This document shows positions 12,159-23,400 of a stretch of 64,000 nucleotides of DNA, one piece after another. Numbering within the stretch: the first letter of the stretch is position 1; each line of letters opens with the position of its first letter. The stretch lies in NCBI GenBank assembly GCA_040767085.1, contig JAXGPF010000003.1:416001-480000 (forward strand), in the 5' to 3' direction. The notes under the pieces are model-generated. The model ran no database searches and was not told the origin of the DNA. It saw only the letters and a list, made by a program, of their open reading frames with translations. Source of the DNA: Kiritimatiellia bacterium. Its GTDB lineage: Bacteria > Verrucomicrobiota > Kiritimatiellia > JAAZAB01. A program made the translations under genes and the position numbers.

Positions 12159-13642
12159 TAGTCTTGCGCCAATTTCCCGGACGGGCACAAGGCGCGCGTG
12201 GCCTGCTCGGCAAACCGCGCCCAGCGGATGATCCGGCGGAACCGCGAAGCGGTAAACCGATAGACCGTGCGATGGCCGCAGGCCAGGATGTCAGGCCGCC
12301 AGCGCAGCGCCAACTCGGCCGATGGAATGTAACCATCCCGGAACCGGCTGAAATTAGCCGCGCAGAATCCGCCCGTGCCGTTCCAGCGCGAGGCCGGCTG
12401 GAAAGAATCGCCGCCAAACATCACCTTTTGGCCGTCCACCTCCGCCATGAACACGCAATGCCACCAGGTCTGCCCGGGCCAGGGCGCCACCTGGAAGGTA
12501 TATTCATGCCAGCGCCACGCGCCTGTTTCCGGCCAGACACGATCGATGCGCAAGGTTTTCTTCCCGCGATACAGGCCGCGCGGATGCCGGCGGATGGCCT
12601 CCGCCACCCGGGGATGCAGCCAGGCTTTCAGCCCGTAGCGTTTTTGCAGATATGGAATGCCTTCGTAGTGGTCATGATGCGCATGGCTGACCAGCGCCGC
12701 GGCCGGGCGCACCCCCCGCAACGGACCTTGCAGCAGCGATTCAAAACTTTTCACGTCCGCCGTGGTCGGGTCCACCAGCAAAGCTTCGCCCGCTGCCGAA
12801 ACCAACAGGTAGGCGTTGGCCGGGCCGACATATAAGTGCGGCAGAATCCGGCATCCGCCGGCGGCGGTCTCCACCGGTATGATAAAATGGTCTTTTTCGC
12901 CGGCGCAGATTGAGCCCTTGGCCCGGTAAAAATCCAACAAGCGCCGGTCCAGCCGGCGCAATAAGCCGGCAACATTCTCCTGGATCGCCGGACCGTGTGC
13001 GGGGCACAATCCATCCAGGCCGATTCCCGCCAAACGCCGGACGCCTTCCCAGGCCGCCAGGGTTCCCTTGCCGGTCCAGTGCTCCCATTCGAGGTTGAAC
13101 GGCTGCCAGACCGTGCCGCCGGCATGGACGGCATCCCCGCAAAATCCAAGCTGCCGGCCGGCGAATTCCACGATATAGGAACAGGCGTTAAGGCCATGCC
13201 CCGGCGTGGAGACCACCCGGAGACACAGGCCGTGCATGTAGATTTCCGAATTGGCGCGGACGTCGTAAAGCACACCTGGAATGCCGTGCGCCAGGCGCCC
13301 GTAGCTGTCGGGGAAGGGCTCGTAAGGCATGGCCGCCAATGTCCGCGCATGTTCCCGGATTTTGGCCGGATCCAGGAACACTTCATCGCCGCGCGGCGCG
13401 TGGACGGCAAACGGGCGGCGCCGCATTGTTTCCAGCCCGGCGCATTGGTCGGCATGGTGATGAGTCAGGAAGACATCCGTCAGCCGCTTGATCCCGAGGC
13501 GCGGCAGTATTTTCAGCCACGCGCCGGAGCCGAAATCCACTGCCAGGGCGGCGTCGCCGCATTTCAAAACGTAAACGTTGCAGGCATCCTGGAACTGCCA
13601 CAACCCCGGCAGAAGCTGGCGCGGACTTATGTTTTTTTGCAT
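12101..13642 (-). CDS. Tandem metallo-beta-lactamase-fold hydrolase
   Basis: Two MBL domains: THHHADQ..TPGH..GD..PAHG and SHAHHDH..PGQT..GD..CGH. Confidence 0.85.
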   Translation of the reverse strand: MQKNISPRQLLPGLWQFQDACNVYVLKCGDAALAVDFGSGAWLKILPRLGIKRLTDVFLTHHHADQCAGLETMRRRPFAVHAPRGDEVFLDPAKIREHARTLAAMPYEPFPDSYGRLAHGIPGVLYDVRANSEIYMHGLCLRVVSTPGHGLNACSYIVEFAGRQLGFCGDAVHAGGTVWQPFNLEWEHWTGKGTLAAWEGVRRLAGIGLDGLCPAHGPAIQENVAGLLRRLDRRLLDFYRAKGSICAGEKDHFIIPVETAAGGCRILPHLYVGPANAYLLVSAAGEALLVDPTTADVKSFESLLQGPLRGVRPAAALVSHAHHDHYEGIPYLQKRYGLKAWLHPRVAEAIRRHPRGLYRGKKTLRIDRVWPETGAWRWHEYTFQVAPWPGQTWWHCVFMAEVDGQKVMFGGDSFQPASRWNGTGGFCAANFSRFRDGYIPSAELALRWRPDILACGHRTVYRFTASRFRRIIRWARFAEQATRALCPSGKLAQDYYFESAARPAAKACRLTAR

Positions 13643-13705
13643 GGTTTTCTTGAATGGCAATGGTTAAACAAAATGCCGGCAACCGGCAGGGCGATATGCA
13701 GCCGC

Positions 13706-15940
13706 CTACAGCGCCCGCAGCCAGACGGTTTCGCGCGGGCGCAGGTTGATTGTCGCCGGCAGATCCACGGCGGCGGCCGGCCAACGGCGCCGGCCGGCCA
13801 ACTGCATGCGGGTTCGGCCGGCCACGGCCATGCGGATGGCGCCGCCGCGCGGCGCAAATATTTTTACTTTTACGGTCGCGCCATCCTTGCGGACCGCGCT
13901 GACGAGAAACGGGCCGGGCAGACGGATATTTTTGAAAGACACATTCCGCCATTCCGCCGGCACGCCCGCGAAGATGCGCGTCAAGCCGGCATGGGTATGG
14001 GCCATGAATTCATACAAGGCGGTGGCGGCGGCCATTGTTCCATCCAGTTGCATGATTTCATTTTTTTCGCGGGGCTGGGCGATATCCGCGCGCCGGTGTG
14101 CGGAAATGCCGCGGAATTTCGGCAGATAAACCGTGGCCAGGCCCTCGTTAACGAACAAGCGCCGCCAGGTTTCCAGCATGGTCAGCGGCGCCTCGCTCAA
14201 TTCCAGGCGCGCCTGGATGATGGCGGCCCAGGGGATGCACCACTCGCTCCACTGCCCCATGCCCTTTAAAATCCAGTGATCCAGCGAATTATCCACAATC
14301 GCCCGGACGGCCGGATCGTCCCACGCCGCCGCACCCAATGAATCGAACGGGTAGATGCAGGCCAGGTGCGAATGATGGCGGTGGCAGATATCGAGGTCCT
14401 GCCCATCCCAGATGGCAATCCGCTCCTCCCCCGGCGCGCCGCCCAGGGTATAAGGCGGCAATTTTTGCTCGATTTCCCGCCAGGCCGGCGCGGGCGGTTC
14501 CTGCAGGACATCCGCGGCGGCGAGCAGGGCCTGGGCCAGCATGTGGATGCAGGCCAACTGGTAGGATGGATTGGGGCCGCAGGTATGCCCCTTATGGTTG
14601 CGGTATTCGGCGGAAATGCCCAACGGCAGATGCAGACGGCCATCCTTCTCCTGCAACATGGCTTCATATGTCCGCATGACCCCGCGCAGAAACGGCCAGG
14701 CGCGGGCGCGCAGAAATTCCACATCGCCGGTATAAAGGTAATACAGCCAGTAAAGCTGGGCCAGCCAGCCCAGCGCCGCATGATCAAGCACGCAGCCCGG
14801 CCCGGCGACGCCGCCCACGGCGCCGCCGCGGTCATTGGTGGTGTGCGTCAGAGCCAGGCCGTCGTCAATTCCCACGAGGATGCGGGCATGCCGCCGCATG
14901 ACTTCTTGAAACGGCGCCGACTCCAGCATATCGAACAGCGGCAGGAGATGCTCGGGATGATTGGCGGGAAAGGCGACGGTGTAAATCTGCTGGATATTGA
15001 CGTTGAAATGGTAGTCGCCGCCCCAGCGCGCGGTCTGGTATTCCTCGATCCATGGCCCCTGCAAGCCGGCCGGGACGCCGCCGGCGGGGCTGGTGGCGCA
15101 GGCGAATTTATACAGCGCATATTTTAAAAATGCCTGGTAAAAACCGGCCGGCAGCCGGACTCGCGGCGCCGTCCGCCAGTACCGGTCCCACCAATCGCGC
15201 GCGGCGCGCCGCGCCGCCGTCAACGATTGTTCCGAGAAATCCGCGCATTCCGCGCGGGCCGCCGCCAACGCGGCCGCGGCGTCGGCGCCCAATTTCAGGC
15301 TGCAGACCCAGCCCGGGCCGGCCCGGCGCATCAGCGCCGCCAGCGCCGGATCGGCGGGGCAAGGCTGCACCCAGCCGCATTCGCCATCGGCGTCCAGCAG
15401 CTCCGGCGCGGCGTAGCCGCCTGCCTGCAATTCCGCCGCCACCCACTCCCAGCCCGGCCGCGCCCGCACGGCTTGAATCAACTCTTCCGGATCGTCCACC
15501 GCCAGCAGGTCGCGCTCCGGGCTCAGCAACAGCCGCAGCCGGCGGACGCGCCGGCCTTGCCGGCATTCCACCGTCAATTCGCCCTCGCGGTATGCGAGGA
15601 CGGCTTGTTCCAAAACGGTTTCCGGCGCCAGTTCCAAATCGAACCGGCCGCCCGGCAGCCGCGTGGAACGGAACCAGCCGGCCGGGCGGTCCGCCGGCTG
15701 GGGCCGGAACACCGGGGCCAGTTTTTCCGGATGATCCGGGTCGTACGCCGCACAAAGCCTGGCGTAGGATACGCCCTCGGCGATCAATTCCCCGCCGCGC
15801 CGGTCCCAACAGTCCGCGCGGTTAACCGTCAAGGAAAGCCGGTTGCCGGCCCCCCAGACCAACGCCCCGAAACAGCCATTGCCCAGAACCACGCCGCAAT
15901 GCGGGCGCGGCAGAGGAAATTTCCACTCGGATTTTTTCAC
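13706..15940 (-). CDS. GH95-like glycoside hydrolase (alpha-L-fucosidase-like)
   Basis: LGNG at the N-terminus; GLQGPW, WGGDYHFNVNIQ, HRHHSHL..IYP, QLDG and VPAEW motifs; GTG start. Confidence 0.8.
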   Translation of the reverse strand: MKKSEWKFPLPRPHCGVVLGNGCFGALVWGAGNRLSLTVNRADCWDRRGGELIAEGVSYARLCAAYDPDHPEKLAPVFRPQPADRPAGWFRSTRLPGGRFDLELAPETVLEQAVLAYREGELTVECRQGRRVRRLRLLLSPERDLLAVDDPEELIQAVRARPGWEWVAAELQAGGYAAPELLDADGECGWVQPCPADPALAALMRRAGPGWVCSLKLGADAAAALAAARAECADFSEQSLTAARRAARDWWDRYWRTAPRVRLPAGFYQAFLKYALYKFACATSPAGGVPAGLQGPWIEEYQTARWGGDYHFNVNIQQIYTVAFPANHPEHLLPLFDMLESAPFQEVMRRHARILVGIDDGLALTHTTNDRGGAVGGVAGPGCVLDHAALGWLAQLYWLYYLYTGDVEFLRARAWPFLRGVMRTYEAMLQEKDGRLHLPLGISAEYRNHKGHTCGPNPSYQLACIHMLAQALLAAADVLQEPPAPAWREIEQKLPPYTLGGAPGEERIAIWDGQDLDICHRHHSHLACIYPFDSLGAAAWDDPAVRAIVDNSLDHWILKGMGQWSEWCIPWAAIIQARLELSEAPLTMLETWRRLFVNEGLATVYLPKFRGISAHRRADIAQPREKNEIMQLDGTMAAATALYEFMAHTHAGLTRIFAGVPAEWRNVSFKNIRLPGPFLVSAVRKDGATVKVKIFAPRGGAIRMAVAGRTRMQLAGRRRWPAAAVDLPATINLRPRETVWLRAL

Positions 15941-15986
15941 ACGTCTTCATCCTGTAATTTTAATCAGTTCGTCCTGCACAGCCCAC

Positions 15987-16041
15987 CACAGGTTCGCCCT
16001 CCAAAAAGCACGATGATTCATACATGGAGGGCGAGGCTGTG
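15987..16041. repeat. Imperfect inverted repeat, GGAG-type REP-like
   Basis: CACAGGTTCGCCCTCCA ... TGGAGGGCGAGGCTGTG, intergenic. Confidence 0.6.
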
Positions 16042-16084
16042 CCGAGACGCTTTGCCAGGGGCGGCCCGCCTTGAAGCCGCCGCC

Positions 16085-17446
16085 TTACCGGAATTCGAAC
16101 ATCGTACCCCGGGGAACATATTCATAACAGCCGATATCAACCGATCGCGAGAACAGGTCCAGCCGGTGCCGCCCGTCCAAATCCAGCGCGCCATCCATCC
16201 AGGTCTGGTAAAGGCCGGCATTAATGCAGTGGGAATCCCGCAAAACACGCCAATTACCGGTATCTTTGCCAACAAACAACGGATCATCCGCAAAATTACT
16301 GGTGCCATAGACCGGAATGGGCGCCATCAAACAATTTGTATAATACCCGCCATTGTTACGATCATAGTAATTTGAGTAGGGCGCGGTGATCACACTGTTG
16401 AGCCAGATAATGCAGTTTTCAAACCGGCCGCCCGAAGGCATTGCCGGCGATGACAAACCTTGGTTCTGCACCCCACCGCCGCCATAACTAGCCTGATTAC
16501 TGACAATTGTGCAATTATCCACGAAGTTATTGGAATAAATCAGGATTGCCCCGCCCTGCATGGAGTAATTGTGTGTCAGCAGGCAACTGCGCATATAACC
16601 CGGATACGCTGCAGTCTGCGCAAAATTGGCGCCGCCTCCATAGGAGGCGGAAGTGTTGTGGCTTATCCGGCAGTTTTCAACCAATCCGCCAGTTAAATGG
16701 ACGCCGCCGCCGCGCCCTTTGCCGGAGGTGGTGCCGACCGATTCATTGGATGCAATCAGGCAATTGCGGACAATGCCATTGGTGTAAGGGGTGACGGCAA
16801 CAAGCGCGATGCCCCCGCCTAAATTGGTCGTCGAATTGGCTATAATGCTGCAATCTACGACCATTCCGGTTGCACCGATATAGATGCCGCCGCCATAATT
16901 ACTGGCAGTATTGCCTATGATCACGCAGTTGGAGAGCGTGCCGGAAGACAGATAGGCCCCCCCGCCGTCGTTGATGACGAAACCATTGGTAATGGTGAAT
17001 CCGGCCACCAGCGCGTCCGGATGCGAGAGTTGCAAACAGCGAGTGCCGTTCTTTCCGTTAATCACGGTGGCCGACACATCCGGGTAAAACGCGCGCACGG
17101 CAATTCCATTGGTAATTTTAATGACCGCCGCGAGTTCATAAGCGCCGTTGGATACCAGCACGTCATTGAGCGCATTGGTTTGCGCCTTGGCCACGGCATT
17201 GCTGATGGTTTGGAACGCGGTAACCCAGTTTGTGCCCGTCGTGCCGACAACGTCGCTGCCGTTGGTGGCAACGTAATAGGTGACGGCCGGCGCCGGCCGG
17301 CTTGCCAACAGCATGATGGCGGCCAGAATGGCAAGGATGCCCCGGAAATTTCCGGAATAGATGCGTGTTTTTTGCCCGGCTGCAGGGCGCATATAACGCG
17401 GCGCTTGCTGTGCATCTTGCGGGAATTTGATCAATGATAAGCCCAT
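16085..17446 (-). CDS. Secreted right-handed beta-helix repeat protein with choice-of-anchor-Q-like C-terminus
   Basis: Signal-like segment then TYYVATNG; repeated GGG(A/I)Y..NC.I..N units; DPLF..SHCINAG..DLDG..R..VDIGCYEY; ends PRGTMFEFR. Start may be ATG 17392. Confidence 0.8.
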   Translation of the reverse strand: MGLSLIKFPQDAQQAPRYMRPAAGQKTRIYSGNFRGILAILAAIMLLASRPAPAVTYYVATNGSDVVGTTGTNWVTAFQTISNAVAKAQTNALNDVLVSNGAYELAAVIKITNGIAVRAFYPDVSATVINGKNGTRCLQLSHPDALVAGFTITNGFVINDGGGAYLSSGTLSNCVIIGNTASNYGGGIYIGATGMVVDCSIIANSTTNLGGGIALVAVTPYTNGIVRNCLIASNESVGTTSGKGRGGGVHLTGGLVENCRISHNTSASYGGGANFAQTAAYPGYMRSCLLTHNYSMQGGAILIYSNNFVDNCTIVSNQASYGGGGVQNQGLSSPAMPSGGRFENCIIWLNSVITAPYSNYYDRNNGGYYTNCLMAPIPVYGTSNFADDPLFVGKDTGNWRVLRDSHCINAGLYQTWMDGALDLDGRHRLDLFSRSVDIGCYEYVPRGTMFEFR

Positions 17447-17485
17447 GGTATCAGTCTCCGTGTTTGGTTGCGGCCTTGCGCCCCG

Positions 17486-19996
17486 TTATTCAACTTCCTG
17501 TATTTTCCGCCATCCAATGCGGCCGTTGCAGACTTTGCGCTCCTCGGCGACGCCCTCCGGAAAAGTCGTCCAGAGACTTTTTTCACCGATGTTCAGCCGG
17601 GCAACCAGCAAGACGCGCGAATCATCCTGAAGCGCAGGAATGAACAACCGGTGTTCCACGTGCCGGTCCCGGCCTGCGCCCCGAACTCCGGTCCAGGTAT
17701 CCGGACTGGCGCAAATCTTTTTTTCATCACCCGTGGCAGCCTGTTCGACAACCTCAACGGAGGCAATCCTGGTGCCGTAACCTTCGCCGCTATCGAACGT
17801 GGCGTGATACAATCCGCCCGTCCGGAGCACTTTGCCGGAAACATCAATTTTCACAACCGCGGCGCCCTTGCTGAAATCGGAAGCTTTCCAGGCGCCAAGC
17901 GGCACGATGCGCGTTTCCGGGCGCGGATCCTTCACGCCGCATTCCGCAAACATTTTCCACACTGCATCCGCCGCAAGATGCAGGACAACCGTCATATTCC
18001 TGGCGCGCCCCGTCATTCCACTTGCGGCAATATTATCATCCTTGTCGCCCGTGTCAACCCGGGTTGATTGCCGCATTGTTCTCTCCATCAAGTCATTCCA
18101 GCCGATCAAAGCGTTGCGGAAACGCGCGGCAGCCTCGTCCAGCGTCCCGCCCAACTCAAGCATTTGCGCGGCGGTCATTTCCGCCGACTCCGAGATTGTC
18201 CGGAGCACGGCATAGGCCTTCAACATGTTGAACGTATATTCCGACTCGTATGCCAATGCGGGTTGATTGATCCGTTTGGCGATGACGAGCGCTGCCCCGG
18301 CATTTTCCATATCGTTGGAAAACACGGCGCGATCCCATAAACGTCCAGTCTCGATTGGCTCCATGAAACGCGCGCCGCTTTTGACCACTTTCCCCATATC
18401 GCTCAACAGCAGGGTATGGAAGCTGACACCGCCTGCCGGTTGTTCGGCAATATCCCAGTTGGGCTCGCCGATACACTCAATCCACCGGACGAAATCATCT
18501 TGATTATCCATACGCATGACGTTGGCGTAAGCACGCGCAAACTGCACGGGCGTGCGGCCCTTGCTGTTCCAGCCCCATTCGGCCGCCGCCGCCGTATTGA
18601 TCGGGTAGTATGAAACCGAGGGCGGCACATAAAGCGATATGCCCGGCAGTTTTTTGGCGGTAAATTCGGTCATGCGGAAATGGACAAATTGCGGGCTGCT
18701 GAAAGGCACATAAGTCCGGATATTGGCGCCGATTGAAGGAACCACATCGAGCCATCCGCCATTTTGGCAAAACTCTTCGAGATTGGCCGGAATCATGGGA
18801 TTCCGGTCAGTCCGGTACGTCCGCTGCCCCTGATAGTAGCTAAGCTTGATGCCGGCGGGCAAATTCGCGATGATTTTATTGTTGGAATCATCGTAATCAT
18901 ACGTGCCCTGGCTGAGCATAAGGCACAGGCGCATATCCGGATATTTCGCGCGAACCTTGTCAAAGGCCGCCGTTATGCACTGCAGCTCAAGCAAATAGGC
19001 GTTTTTGCCGGCGCATTTGCCACAGGCGCAGACCGCCTGTCCTTCAGAAAACCAAACTTTGAGATCGCGATGGAAGGGCGCAACCTGATCGGCGATATCC
19101 ATCAGCCATTTGGCCATGATTTCCCGGGCGCCGTCGCTTTGCATGCAAAAGAAATGCGCCGTGCCGAGGAATCCATGATCAACGGCCGGCGCCAGCGCGT
19201 TTTCATAGCGGGCGCGCGCCTTTGTGTTTCTGACAATACCCCGATCCATTATCGCGGCGAGATGGGGAATATAGCAAACCGCGGTTATGCCTTCGCCGGC
19301 GGCATTGCTGATGATTTCCTTGTTTACCAGGGCCTCCGGCAGGCCATCGGCATCAAATCCACAGCCCGCGGCAAATTGCATGTCGTTTATTTTCCATCCG
19401 GCCAGCCAGGCGGCCGCCGCCGGGGTTTCGCCCCATATCCCGCGCAATTCCATGTCGGGCCAGTCAAAAACAGTCGCCAGCGGCAATGCGAGATTGCCAT
19501 GGGCAGCCATTTTTTCCGGCGCCTGCACGAGCATGGCAAAAGTCCGGGCCGCATTGAGCACGCCCAGCGGCGTGTTGCCGATCAATGCCACGCCCGCGGG
19601 GGAAGCCAACGGAATAATCGCGTAGGCCTGGTCCTTGTTCGGAGCGTTGGAGAGCCGTTCGATAATTCCGGCCGGAATTGAGCCGTCCGGCTTGCAGGTC
19701 AGCGCCATGCGCACGACAAATTTGCCGCCTTGCCTGGCCTGCGCAAAATGGCGGATCAGCGTTGCGGCGGCGGCAATCTTCGGATCAGCGGACACGAACG
19801 GCTCAAGCCGGATTTCGTCCGCCCGGAGATTAACGCTTTTTGCGACAGCTATTTCCTTGGGCAATGGAATAACCCGGTCGCTCCAGGCGATTTTTCCGGC
19901 GGCAGCCCCGTGCAAATCCGATTTTTCCGGACCTTGGCAGGAAGCAAGCATTACCACCAAGATTCCGAGCAGACCAGGAGTTGCGTGTTTTTTCAT
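17486..19996 (-). CDS. Lipoprotein with GH20 domain-2-like N-terminus (paralog 1)
   Basis: Lipobox MLASC; WSDRVIPLPKEI, PNKDQAY, DWPD..RG and AAAEWGWN motifs. Confidence 0.7.
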   Translation of the reverse strand: MKKHATPGLLGILVVMLASCQGPEKSDLHGAAAGKIAWSDRVIPLPKEIAVAKSVNLRADEIRLEPFVSADPKIAAAATLIRHFAQARQGGKFVVRMALTCKPDGSIPAGIIERLSNAPNKDQAYAIIPLASPAGVALIGNTPLGVLNAARTFAMLVQAPEKMAAHGNLALPLATVFDWPDMELRGIWGETPAAAAWLAGWKINDMQFAAGCGFDADGLPEALVNKEIISNAAGEGITAVCYIPHLAAIMDRGIVRNTKARARYENALAPAVDHGFLGTAHFFCMQSDGAREIMAKWLMDIADQVAPFHRDLKVWFSEGQAVCACGKCAGKNAYLLELQCITAAFDKVRAKYPDMRLCLMLSQGTYDYDDSNNKIIANLPAGIKLSYYQGQRTYRTDRNPMIPANLEEFCQNGGWLDVVPSIGANIRTYVPFSSPQFVHFRMTEFTAKKLPGISLYVPPSVSYYPINTAAAAEWGWNSKGRTPVQFARAYANVMRMDNQDDFVRWIECIGEPNWDIAEQPAGGVSFHTLLLSDMGKVVKSGARFMEPIETGRLWDRAVFSNDMENAGAALVIAKRINQPALAYESEYTFNMLKAYAVLRTISESAEMTAAQMLELGGTLDEAAARFRNALIGWNDLMERTMRQSTRVDTGDKDDNIAASGMTGRARNMTVVLHLAADAVWKMFAECGVKDPRPETRIVPLGAWKASDFSKGAAVVKIDVSGKVLRTGGLYHATFDSGEGYGTRIASVEVVEQAATGDEKKICASPDTWTGVRGAGRDRHVEHRLFIPALQDDSRVLLVARLNIGEKSLWTTFPEGVAEERKVCNGRIGWRKIQEVE

Positions 19997-20011
19997 GAAT
20001 GTTTGCTCCGG

Positions 20012-20049
20012 CCTGAACCCGTAACAGGAAATCCCGTTACGGATTCAGG
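20012..20049. repeat. Palindromic REP-like hairpin (CCTGAAYCCGT family)
   Basis: CCTGAACCCGTAAC-N10-GTTACGGATTCAGG; related copy at 39636-39669. Confidence 0.75.
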
Positions 20050-20403
20050 TATATATCCCCGCAGTTTTTTACAGGCATCAATCAGACCGGCATGCCGGGT
20101 TCGACCATCACGCGCAGTCCCCGCAGGCCTGCCTCAGCGGAACGGCGCAAGATGCCCAGGGATACCAGTCGGCCCAGGCCGGCGAAGCCATCCGGGCGGC
20201 TGATCCGCATCCCGCGCCGCTGGCGCGAATTCACGTTGCCCGGCATGTTCACCCGGCCCGGCGCCGCGCCGGCCGCGCCGCCGTTTGCCCGGATACAGGC
20301 GCCGAACTTCCTCGCGACGGCGTCAACCCGGCTTTCCGGTGATGCTAACAAGCGCTTTCGCATACGCTGATGTCCGATTTTTTTATATATATCCTGCTCT
20401 AAA

Positions 20404-23400
20404 TCACGGATCAAAAGCGGTGGCATCCGTTCCCGCTTCCAACTGCGCGGCATCCACCCAAACCGTCACATTCGTCGGCTGAGGATTGACCAATATGCCA
20501 AAGCCATATTTGCGCGGCACCCTGCGCGGCAAGGTAACCGGCAGGACGTAGCGTTGCCAATTGGTCGAAGCCATAAAGACCCGTTTATGCGGATACTCGC
20601 CGCGCCAGCCGCAACCGCTCAACTGCACCGGAACGCCGTCACGATCGGCGCGTACAAATGCCGAAAACACAAAATTGGAGGCGGCGGCCGTGATCGGTTC
20701 CAAGCCTATGCGCAATGCGCGGCCAGCTTCAGCCGCCGTTTGCATGCGCAGCGCGAACTGGCCGTGATAGGGCGCATTGGCATCCATCACATAAACGGCC
20801 CCCGTCCCGCCCATGCGCTGATCATAATTAATGCGTCCGGAATTCCAGTAGTCCGGCAGGCCCGGCACGCTGGATTCCTCGAAACTGGCATTGGGAATCA
20901 GGTTCTTGTGATCGGGCCGCCCGGTCCGGGGAGCGACAGTTTCCGGGGGTGCTGCCTGGCTCTGGTCGGGGCGCGCGCGCACAGCCAGCTCGGTTATTGG
21001 CGGCTTGTGATTTGCGCTTTGCAATTGCTCCGCCGCGATGCCTGCCGCTGTTGGCCGTTCGCTGATCACATACGCGCGCACCCCGTTCGGCTCAAGACGA
21101 TCCTTAAAACTCCGGCCGGTTACGGGATAACATTCCGGACTGAACAGGCGCCGCACCGTTCCGGTGGCGGACAGGATGCTGATGGTATATTCCGCGTCAA
21201 CGGGACATTGGCGGCTATTCGCCGCCAGCAGCACCAATTCGCCTTGAGGGAAAGCGCACAAGCGGACATGCACATCCGGGTAGATGTCCTGATCCGAATC
21301 ATAACCGTTGCTCCCGTAATCCACAACTTGCGGCACTTCCGGCGCGGTCAGCGCCGGGCTCAACTGCCGAATCTCGTCCGCGAGTTGGCGCAGACAATCC
21401 CACGACACCTGATGGAAAAGCGGATAGGAAAAATAGACCAGCGCCCGGGCGCCGTGGATCAAGGCCAGGTAGGTTTGCGCCCGCTGCTCGTCCGGCCGGA
21501 TCATCCGCTTGTGTTTGTTGGCGGTGTACTCGGCCATGGGGGTGATGAGGGTCGGCTTATGCAGCGCCGTGGCGCGACGATCCAGCAGCGCGGTCCATTT
21601 GGCAACTTTCAGCGGCGAGTCCTGCAGGCCCCGCGGCGGAGGCGCCCAGTAGATATCCCGTCCGAGCAGGTCGCTCCAGTCGGTCCATTGCTCGTCGTCC
21701 GGCGGTTGCATATTCCACACGTTGTACGAGGGCCGATAGCCATCCAGTTCCTGAATCAGACGGTATAGACGGCGGCCTTCGATGTATTGATCGAATAGTT
21801 GCGTGGGCTCGTCAAACGTGTAATACGCCATCAGGGCCGGATGATCTTTTATCCGGCGGATGACGTCGGCCATGATGGGCTCAGCCTGGTCGTATTGCTG
21901 TGCAAAGAGCCGGTTCATCGCCTCGCGGCCGCCCTGGCGCCGGGCTTCCTGCATGGCCGCCTGATTGCGGAATGCTGAGAGCGAGACGCCGGGAAGGAAG
22001 TTTTCGACTTTCATGATTGCCAGGAGGTTGTTTGTGGCGGCCAGGTCCAGGAAGGGCACGGCGGCCGCCGCGTCTAATTGCGCCCAGTGCACAACGCAAT
22101 TGACACCCAGGCCGGCAACATCCTTGAATACATCGGCCTGATCCGGTGTGATCCTGGCCATGAAAACACCCACCGGGAAAAATGGCTTCCCCTCGCGCAA
22201 CAAAACGCGCTGTTGCTGATCAATTTTCCACTCGCAGCCCGGCTGGGGCGCCTTTTTCCTGATGGCGACTGTCTGCCGGGCCAAGATATCGCCATTGGTC
22301 CAGCAACAGTCTACTTCGAACAGGATATTGCCTATGGGCAACGACCGTAGATCAAGCTTTGCCTCTGTTTCAGCCTGAGCGACCCTCAGCCGGCTATGCA
22401 CACAATCCTGCATGTCTTTCACCAAGAGGACCGTCTGGTTTAAGCGCTGTTCCGGCAGGTTGACCCGGCAAATCAGGCGCGCCTCTTTCTCCGTCGTATA
22501 ATAATTACGGTCCGGAAAAACCGTCAGCAGTTCCAACGCCTGGGTGTCATGCAGCCATTGGCTTTGCAACACTTCGCCGCTCAAGGCATCCTTCAATTCC
22601 AGCCGCGCGGTGCGTTGAACCAGGGACGTCACCGGCATCGTCAGTTCGATGGGCAGGACTGATCTCTGGCCGGCCAATTCTATTTTACGGCTGACGGTCT
22701 GTTCCTGGCTGGCCACGGGTTGATCGGTCAAGGTCAACCAAACACTCCCCGGCTGCTTGCTGAACGTCTGCAGTTTCGTGCAAACACGATACCCCATCCC
22801 GGATTGATCAAACTGGTATCCCAAAATACGTGTTTTTTCGCACTGGGGCAGGAACGGCAGATTAAAACGGCGGCCAGCCCATCCCTGGACACTGCCGAAG
22901 CGGTCCGCTTCCAGCCACCAGGCGCTGTTGACCGGCGCCCAGCTATAAATCACACGATCTGCGTCGCCCGCGTACCCGGACATCACCATCAGATTCAGCC
23001 GGGCCTGCTCCAGCCTGGCATTGGCGGTTAACAACGCCATGGGAACGGCCATTTCAGCCTGCCAGCCGAAATCGGTCAGCCGGGTGGCGGAACGCCACGG
23101 AATCTTCCAACCCAACTTACCCAGCGTGTAATCCGGCTCGTAAAAACGCTGGTCGGCCCTGATATTGCCGGCGCTCAGCCGGAACAGATACCAGTTGCGG
23201 CCGCCGGTCCCGGGGTCCAGCGCCAGCTTGACGCAATTCTCGCGTTGCACCGGATCGTCATGCAGACGGGCCTTATGCAGAATCCGGGCTGGAGAAGGAT
23301 GCCAAATCCTGAACCCGGCATAAAGCCATTCCTTGTCCGTCATCAGCTTGACGGAATGCCCTGAAAATATCGGCGCCGCGGTGTCGACAACGAAAAAATT

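Noticed and set aside
20082-20453. 123-aa ORF in the gap between catabolic genes
   Set aside because: No motif or clear RBS, and it overlaps the upstream gene end; cannot be supported.
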